NCBI GenBank assembly: GCA_951406725.2
Contig: OX597834.1
Coordinates: 22,382,001-22,446,000 of the forward strand
DNA from: Octopus vulgaris
Taxonomy: Eukaryota
Length of the DNA stretch: 64,000 bases
Direction: 5' to 3'
This document shows positions 39,202 through 49,259 of the stretch, piece by piece (the first letter of the stretch is position 1; each line of letters opens with the position of its first letter). The notes under the pieces were generated by a model. That model was not told where the DNA came from. It worked only from the letters and a program-made list of their open reading frames with translations, and searched no databases. Both the position numbers and the translations under genes were made by a program.

Positions 39202-42200
39202 GTATATATAACTTTTTACAAAAATAAATATGATACTCTTCTTAAAGGTGTTGAATAATCCTTCAATTAATATTTGAGTACTTTGTGTGTGTGTGTGAGA
39301 GTGATTAATATGTGCATATGTAATTAATTAAGCCTCTTCAGCTATCTCAACTTTCTCAATTCCCTTCATGCCTTCCCACCATAAAAAAATACTTTTTTCT
39401 TTATTTATTATATATATATTAAGTAAAATAAAATTACTTCTATAAATAGCATATTAAAAACTACAAAGTAAATTTTATCTCAATTAATCAATTAATTAAC
39501 TAATTTCTATAACTCCATCGTGTTATGAAGGTGCCTGGGCTTAGTGGTTAAGATGTTGAGCTCACCAGCGGCTTGTTGTGGGTTCAATTCCTAGGCTGGA
39601 TGGCGATGTTGTGTCCTTGAGCAAGGCATTTCATTTCACATTGCTTTTGTTTGTTCAGCTGAAGATAAATACCAGTGCTACGCTGGAGATAACTCGGCAA
39701 CAAGCTTATATCCCATTTGGGGAGCGGCAGTGAGGGCTCTTGTTCTGTCTGTCTTCTAATTACATTAGAAATGCAGATGAACTCCAAGTTCATGGGCCCT
39801 AACTCTTTAGCATTTAAACTGGCCACATCAAGGCTAAACATCCTTCTGGTTTTATGTCCAAACTGACCATATCGAGCCTCTCACACCCACCCTACAATGT
39901 CATTCTAGAAATAAATAATGGCATCATCAAAATCTCAAAGCCACAAGATAATGCATGATTAATTCAAAACAGTGGTTAGAGCATCGGGATCATGATCATG
40001 AGGTAGTGAGTTCGATTCCTGGACTGGGCTGTGTGTTGTGTTCTTGAACAAGATACTTTATTTCACATTGCTCCAATTCACTCATCTGTAGAAATGAGCT
40101 GTGACATCACTGGTGGCAAGCTGTACCAGCCCCTTTGCCTTTCCCTTCAATAACATCGGTTGGCATGGAGACAGGGTGGCCAGTATGCATGGGCAACTAC
40201 TGGTCTTTCATAAACGACCTTGTTCGGACTTGTGCCTTGGAGAGGGACTTTCTAGATGCAATCTCACGGTGAGTCATGACCAAGGGGCGAGTCTTTACAT
40301 TTGACAGAATAATCCGAATGCTGAAGGGTTAAAGGTATGAGGCAAGCTTTTGTAGACGTTTGTCTGTCAAGTTATACTCTCATTACTCTTTTACTTGTTT
40401 CAGTCATTTGACTGCGGCCATGCTGGAGCACCGCCTTTAGTCGAGCAAATCGACCCAGGGACTTATTCTTTGTAAGCCCAGTACTTATTCTATTGGTCTC
40501 TTTTGCTGAACCGCTAAGTGACGGGGACGTAAACACACCAGCATCGGTTGTCAAGCAATGCTAGGGGGACAAACACAGACACACAAACACACACATACAT
40601 ATATATATATATACATACATATATACGACAGGCTTCTTTCAGTTTCTGTCTACCAAATCCACTCACAAGGCATTGGTCAGCACGGGGCTATAGCAGAAGA
40701 CACTTTCCCAAGATGCCACGCAGTGGGACTGAACCCGGAACCATGTGGTTGGTTAGCAAGCTACTTACCACACAGCCACTCCTGCACCTTATGTTAATTT
40801 TCTGATATGTTGATTAATAATTTATCTTAATTTGTCAGAAGATAAAAATATATTTTATAATTATTTTTTCCTTCAGTTTTTTTCTTATTGTCTTAGAAAG
40901 ACAACACAAACACAAAAATCAGCTTTTAATGCTCGTCTTTCATACTTTGGTTAGTCTGACAGGATTCAATAAATTGGCGGACTGCATTGTGCTCCAGTGT
41001 CTGTTTTATTGTGGTTGCCATGGTTGGATGCCTTTTGCTAATGCAAACCACTTTACAGAGTGTACTGGGTGCTTTTTACGTAGCACCAGCACTAGAGAGG
41101 TTACCATGTAGCTCACAAGACTAAGATTTCCTTTGATGGAACAAGTCTACAGTAGACAGGGAGACAGCTTTATGCCAGGGTGATAAAAGGTTAAGAAAAA
41201 ATGAAAGAAGGGAACAGAACAAACAAACATTCCATAGTGTTTATGATTGGGATTTTATAGCATTTAGGGCAACATTTATGGTGTTTAACTCTTTCATTAC
41301 TGTATTTATTTTGAGATGCTCAGTGTTTCTTTCAATTAATTTTAAATATTATAAAGAATTTAGTAAAATAACTTAGTTATCATCCAGCTAGTGTTAAGAA
41401 CATAAATTGAGACTGTTTGGTAGAAGATTTTAATTTAAACCTTATGAAAACAAGACATTTGTACAACAGAGCCAGAGCCGGTTTCAGCCGGGTTGGTAAC
41501 GAAAGGGTTAAGGCAAGCATTTAATAGTGTTTATGGGTGATACCTGATAATGTTTAGGGCTGTTATTTCATTGGGTTTAGCTCTTGTTATGTAGTGTTTA
41601 GAGTTATTTGTTCATGTTTTTTACTGTTTTCTTTTAATTGTGTTTAAGGCAAATATTTGGTCATGTTCAATGCTATCATTTCATAGTTTTTTTAAATATT
41701 ATCATTTGATAGTGTTTAGATCTTATTTGATGAAGTATATAAGGTGGCAAGCTGGTGAAATCATTAGCACATCAGGCAAAATGTTCTGTGGCATTTCTTC
41801 TAAGTCTACATTCTAAATTCAAATTTTGCTGAGGTCAGCTTTTGCCATTCATCTTTCCAGTGTTGTTAAAATAGAGCACCCTTTGAGCATTGGAGCCAGT
41901 GTAAGTGACTCGACCATATCATTCCCCTTAAAAATTTGTAGCCTTGTGCCAAAGTATGAAAACATGCCGGATAAAATGCTTAGCAGTATTTCTTCCAGAT
42001 TTACGTTTCAAGTTCAAATTCCACCAAGATCAACATTACCTTTCATCTGTTCTAAGTTCAAATTTTGCCAAGGTTGGCTTTGCCTTTCATCCTTTTGGGG
42101 GTCAATAAAATAAGTAACAGTTAAACTCTGGAATCATTGTATTCAAATAGCCCCTCTTCCCCCAAATTTCAGGCCCTGTGCCCCTATAATGGGAAGAATT

Positions 42201-45200
42201 ATTCGAGCTGGCAGAATCATTAGCAAGCCAGGCAAAATGCTTGGCGGCATTTCATCCGACTTTACATTCTGAGTTCAAATGCCGCCAAGGTACACTTTGC
42301 TTTTCATCCTTTTGGGGTCAATAGATTAAGTACCTGTGAAACACAGGGGTCGACATAATCGACCAGTCCCCTTCCCCCAAATTTCCTGCCTTGTGCCTAT
42401 AGTAGGAAGGATTATTATTATTATTATTATTATTATTATTGTGATAAGCTGGCAGAATCATTAGCACATTGGACAAAATCCTCAGCAGCATTTCCTCTGA
42501 CTCTTTACATTCTGAGTTCAAATCCCATCAAGGTTGACTTTGCCTTTCATCCTTTTGTGGTTGATGAAATAAAGTACCAGTTGAACACTACTGGGGTCAT
42601 GTAATCGACTTAACCTTCCCCCCCCCCTAAAACCTGCTGGCCTTGGGCCAAAACTTTGAACCCATTATTTGATAGTGCTTAGGGCTGTCGTATTTGCTAG
42701 TGTAGAGACGTTATTGTTATTTGCCTATATTATTGAAATGATTGAAAATATTGCTTCCAACTGCCTCCTGTTTTTTCTCCCAGTCACGTAAACTGAATGA
42801 CAATGAGGTAAGTAAACAGACTACAGCATGTCTTCTGTGAAGTTCTTTAGTCACTGGTACTTTATAAGCACTACCCACCCCCCCTATTTTTTTTTCTCCA
42901 GCATATTTGATTTACAGTTATGTTGTTTTTGTTTTTTTTTATATATATATATATATATATATACAGTTTATATTGAAGAATCACTTCCTCAGGTATAAAA
43001 AAAAATAAGAATAAACAGTTGAGCGGCCCGTGGGTCTAGGATGGTGACCCATTGAGTAAGGACAGTGTGTCCTTGAGCAAAGTTCATCGCTTTGATTCCA
43101 TTGGTCAACCTGGTGCTCTGCCAAGTGGCTGGTAGGAAGAAGGATGTTCACCCTTTGAAATGTCTTTAGGAATTTGACAATCCAATGCTACAACGTAGAT
43201 TCACAGAACCAACTTGCAAATATTCCTATATATACATACATATAGTTAAATATACACACACACACATCATGTACCTTTAAAATATATTTATTTGTAGGGA
43301 CATCATTGAGGACCAGTTTGATATAATTTCTATCATAAACATCAGAATAATAATAATAATAATAATAATAAAAGAACCTTGAAATAGAGGTCTTAGAAAT
43401 GGGCATCTAAGAATAACAAGTGCACCTCTGACCATGGTGGCTTTGAGTATAATACCAAATGGCACTCTTAAATCCAATGCTCAAATACCAGGAAACCCAA
43501 AGTATCAGAACTACAAAAATTGTTCTTATTTGGTGCAGCCCATATCTTAAGAAAAGCACTTGTCAACCTGAGATTATTTGATTCGTTTAAAACTTTTTCA
43601 AAATCACAAATTGTACAACAAACTTTTAACATAATCTTAATTGTCAGTATTTGGTCTCCTTTCCTTGAAATATATCCATTGCTAATCAGAAATAACAGCC
43701 ACGGTGAAACATGCAATTTGCTGTTACTTGAGGTCTCTGTATGAAGACTTGAAGCATCTTGTATAAAACAGTGCAACAACAATTAATCTAATAATAATAA
43801 TAATAATAATAAAATAATAATAATCAACATAGGAAGGTGGCGTACTGACAGAATTGTTAGTATGCCATCCATTTTCAGGTTCTAAGTTCAAATCTTGCCA
43901 CGGTTGGCTTTGCCTTTCATCCTTTCGGGGGGTCAATAAAATAAGTACCAGTTGTGTACTGGGGTCATTGTAATCAACTCACCCACTCCCTTGAAAATAG
44001 TGGCCTTGTACCAAATTTGAAACCAATAATAACAACCATCATCATCCTCTTAAATCATCATCATCTTCATTCTCACAAAATGCATCTCCTTCAGATATAT
44101 GTAAATATGAAGGTGGAGGGGTGGGCAGTTGACCATTAGTTAATTGTCCTTTCATAAATTGCATTCAATTCCCCCCTGCCACTTGTCCAAGCCTGTGGGT
44201 TACCAGTGATCTAGATGCTGTTTATGAATATGTACCTCATCACCACTTATATTACTCTCTGGATCCATCCCTGCCTTCCCCTACTCTCCCTTCTAAAATG
44301 TGAGTAATGTTGCTCCTCTACTACAAGAAACCTTTCCTGCTCTGGCCCTTTTATCTCATACTTAACCCCTCTCTGTTCCTTATTCTCGAGGCTGTAAAGT
44401 GCTCCTCCCCCAATACACACTCAGGGGTCTTAGACTTGCAACCTCAACAGTGCTGTTGGCATGAAAAAGTACCCAGTACATACTGTAAAGTGGTTGGTGT
44501 TAGGAAGAGTAGTAACCATGGAAACCATGCCAGACACTTGAGCATGATGCAGTCCTTGGGCTCCATCAGATCCTGTTAAACTGTCCGACCCCGAGGCAGC
44601 ATGGGACATGGACTTCTAAATGGTGATGATGGTAATGACAGATGTATACAGCTTCCTTACAATTTTAACCCAAATTTCTAGAAATCCCTCCACTATTTCT
44701 CTAAAACAGCTACTTTGACCCTCAGATGTTTAATGCAATATTCACTACTGTGGGTTTCTGTATCTGAAGCATAGTTGTTAACTGGACAAAGCTACACCAG
44801 TCTGGGCTGTTGTTTCATTTCTTCTCTCTCCCTCTGCAAGTTCTACCTTGAGCTGTTCCCCAAAAACACCATTAACTGTCTACAGTCATTCTTGATTTGA
44901 CCTTCACACATACACACGTGCGTAATCACATTAAACGAAAACAAACCAACACACATCGCTTATGTTATCAGTGCATCTCAGCTTCAAAATAAACGCTTAT
45001 GGGGTATTTACTGCTTGGCTTCACACAACATTGTCACTGAGTGTATGTGCTGCTAAGAATACTAAGTAACCACTCCTTGTCAGTGATTGCTGTACTCTGA
45101 TTAATGATCATTGTACTCTAGCTAATGATCATTCTGATCACTGTGACCGACCAGGCTATCAGATGTTGCTACACATCGCTGGTCACAATGCGCTTCGCAT

Positions 45201-46664
45201 TGTTTTAGCCTTCAAATGTCGCCACCCCGCCGGAGCCTCGTGGAGCTTAAGGTGTTTTCACTCAATAAACACTCACAACTCCCAGTCTGGGAATCGAAAC
45301 CGCGAGTCCGCTGCCCTAACCTCTGGGCCATTGCACCTCCACATGATCATTGTACTCTAGCTAATTGTTAATGTATCCTAGCAAATGATCCCTGTATCCA
45401 AGCTAATGACCCTTGTACCCTAACTATGGATCACTATAGTCTAGCTAATGCACAACTGCTTCTTGTTTTGTGACAGCTTCTTCAGTGGTCAAAAGTGAAT
45501 TGCAGAACTTTCTCACACACTTCCATCTCTGAAAAGCAATTCTCTCCTTCCCCCATATCCCCACACCATCTAAGAATATCCCCCAGTTAGTAAGCAATCA
45601 ATTTACTCATTAACGAAATTATTCTAACAGTAAATCGGTGACGGGAAAGCCCAAATTGATTCGAAGCATATCACCATTATTATTACCATCATCATCATCA
45701 TCATCATCATCTTATTAAGGCAGCAGGCTGGCAGAATCATTAGCATGTTGGGTGAAATGCCTAGTGGTATTTCATTTGCCACTACGTTCTGAGTTCAAAT
45801 TCTGCCGAGGTCAACTTTACCTTTCATCCTTTCGGGATTGATTAAATAAGTACCAGTTGAATACTGGGGTTGAGGTAATTGACTAGACCCATCCCCGAAA
45901 ACATATGGCCCTGTGCCTTTAGTAGAAAGCATTATTATTATTATCATTCTCTGCATGTTTTCCTCTCATTGTTGTCACATGTTGTCTCTTCCTCTTCCTC
46001 CTCCGCCACCTGCATGTCCTTCTTCGATGTTGTCTTAGTTTCCGCCACAGTCGTTGTGTTTGTGACGTGTCGTGATGTTCATTTCTGTCGTCGTCAGTTC
46101 CGAGATCCAAAATCAACGAAACGTTCGCTCCTCTTGTATCGTGTCCGTCTCGTACCTCTTGTTGTCATCGCGTTGTCATCGTTGTCGTTGCATTTACTCA
46201 TGTATAGATGTCGCTGTTTGTACACTGTGCACATTTGCACCGTAATATAATTCGGTCTGTGAGCAATTGGCAAAATTTCTTTAGAATTTCATTCTTCACT
46301 TTCACATGCTTCATACACTAGCATTCAAACAAAAGAAATTTAGCTCCTTTAATTTGCACATCTAATTAAAAAAAAAGAAAGAAAAGAAAAGAATTTATCT
46401 TCGTTAACCCTTCTACTGCAGAAACCTCATATACATCCATTCAAAATTTCATTAACTTTTAACTACAGAGATCAGTTTTATGTAACCAATTTATCTTTTG
46501 TAGACGCAGGAGTGGCTGTGTGGTAAGTAGCTTGCTAACCAACCACATGGTTCCGGGTTAAGTCCCACTGCGTGGCATCTTGGGCAAGTATCTTCTGCTA
46601 TAGCCCCGGGCTGACCAATGCCTTGTGAGTGGATTTGGTAGACGGAAACTGAAAGAAGCCTGTC

Positions 46665-46724
<60 letters not shown>

Positions 46725-47721
46725 CTGTTTTTGTCCCCCTAGCATTGCTTGACAACCGATGCTGGTGTGTTTATGTCCCCGTCACTTAGCGGTTCGGCAA
46801 AAGAGACCGATAGAATAAGTACTGGGCTTACAAAGAATAAGTCCCGGTGTCGATTTGCTCGACTAAAGTCGGTGCTCCAGTATGGCCGCAGTCAAATGAC
46901 TGAAACAAGTAAAAGAGTAAAGGAGAATGTCATTTTTGAAGCAATTTCTTGTTGAGATATGTCGAGTTTATAGAAGCAGAAAATACCAATTCTATTTTCT
47001 GGTAGATATTTAAAACCATTATTGGAATAATTGTGAAATTTCACAGTTAAAAGATAAAAACACACCAAGAAGGGAGTCTGTGTATGGTTGCTTGAGCTGC
47101 TAGAAATAGCAGCCACATGACACCTTACCATCATTATAAAGGAAGCACATGCTGGAAAACATGAATATATGATGAAGGATACGTTGTTTGAAAGTAAGGT
47201 GGATGGTCATGGTGGGAATATTTTCGTAGGTTTGCTTGATCAGCATTTACCTGGGATTAAACAACATGCAGATGCAGGCTTGGATGTATGGCTGGGAATC
47301 TTTGTCTTGTAACGAACATGGTTTTGGGACAAGTCCCATTGCATGGCACCTGGGCAAGTGTCTTCTGTTATAGCTCCAGGCTGACCAATGTCTGATGAGT
47401 GGCTTTGGTTGAGAGAAACTGCATGGAAGCTCATAATGTACACACATGCATGTGAGTGTGTGTATGTGTGTATGTATGTATATATATATGGTACATATAT
47501 ATATATGGTACATATATATATATGGTACATATATATATATATGGTACACATGTATGTATATATATATATGGTACATTCACGGAGTGGTTGGCGTTAGGAA
47601 GGGCATCCAGCTGTAGAAATACTGCCAGATCAGACTGGGCCTGGCGCAGCCTTCTGGCTTCCCAGACCCCAGTTGAACCGTCCAACCCATGCTAGCATGG
47701 AAAACGGACGTTAAACGATGA

Positions 47722-47766
<45 letters not shown>

Positions 47767-48452
47767 CACACACACACACTGTTTCTTGACAACCAGTGTT
47801 GGTTTGTTTACATCATCATAACTTAGAATTTCAGCATTAGAGACCAATAGAATAAATACTAGACTTAGAACTAGTTACTAGGGTCAATTTGTTTGACTAA
47901 AACCCTTCAAGCTAGTGCCCCAGCATGGTCAACAAATAAAAGATAACTGAACAGTGCACAGGGTGATTCAGTGTCCCTTTAGCATTTAAACGATAAATAG
48001 TTTTAAAATAGAGAAGGGACTTCTGACTCAGCCTGTATTTTCAGTAAGTAATTCAAAGGTTTTTTTGTCCCCTCTACAAAATCTAGAATTTTCCAGTGAC
48101 TACTCCTGAGTGTTTTTACTAGGAATGCTTGGGACGTAGAGTACTCTGTCTGAAGAGGATACTCTGTTTTTGTTGCTTGAAAGATGAAGTATAGAGAAAC
48201 GCTCTGAGGTGTGGCAGAGATAATTTTCAGCATTGAATCACTGGTCATACTTCACCACATGTATTGAGTTCCATTCTTCCATATTTATGCATGCATGCAT
48301 GTGTAATGCTATAGGTAGGTAGATAGATAGATAGATAGATAGTAATAATATATATTTACATAACAAGACTAAATATTTGTTCATCAAATATAAATATTGG
48401 TGTGTATACACACACATACATATGCTCACACACAAATCAACTGGTAACTTGT

Positions 48453-48501
<49 letters not shown>

Positions 48502-49215
48502 CATCATCATCATCGTTTAATATATATATATATATCCATACATGTTTCTGTGTATATATTCACACATACATAGACACAAACTCACAAATGTACACAGACA
48601 TAAATCAAATGATAAATTGTTGCACACACACATACATATACACACACATGGACACAACGGATATTTGAGGATGATTTTTTTTTTCTCTTTTCTTAATCAA
48701 CAAAAAGTCCGCATAAACTCATAATTTAATTTTATTTCTGTTTGTTCTAGAAAATTATATAATACATGTATATACATACATACATATATACACATACATG
48801 TATGTGTGTGCACGTGCGTGTGAATATGGATTGATTGATTGACTGATTTTTTTTTAGTCTATTAAGGTTACTTGTACACTTCACCTATGGCACACACACA
48901 CACACACACACACACAATGTCCATCCTCCACTCTCAAAATATATTTTCGATATGATTGGTTTCTCCAATACTTAATAACAACCTTCTTCAACCCAAAATT
49001 GCTTTGTTTTGTTGAGGTTTGTTTTTTCATATTTATGTTACATTGTCCTCCATACCAATCTCATTTATCAATTCTGTCTCAATTTATTTAATTGAATAAT
49101 TTCGTGTATTTCTACTAAATGCAATATAAAACATTTACGCCTGTCTTAATTCTGATACGGCTTATCTTTCAAATATTATACAAATCATAAGGGATCTTTT
49201 TCTTCATTATTATTA

Positions 49216-49259
<44 letters not shown>

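Noticed and set aside
42967-42992. Second microexon candidate (atacag|26 nt|gtataa)
   Set aside because: Not a multiple of 3, the acceptor is preceded by (TA)n, and the donor is weak.
46065-46100. Minus-strand CTGACGA...GAAA hammerhead-like match; also CTGATGA at 4171, 34404 and 47392
   Set aside because: Stem II is too short or absent, stem I does not pair, or no GAAA follows.
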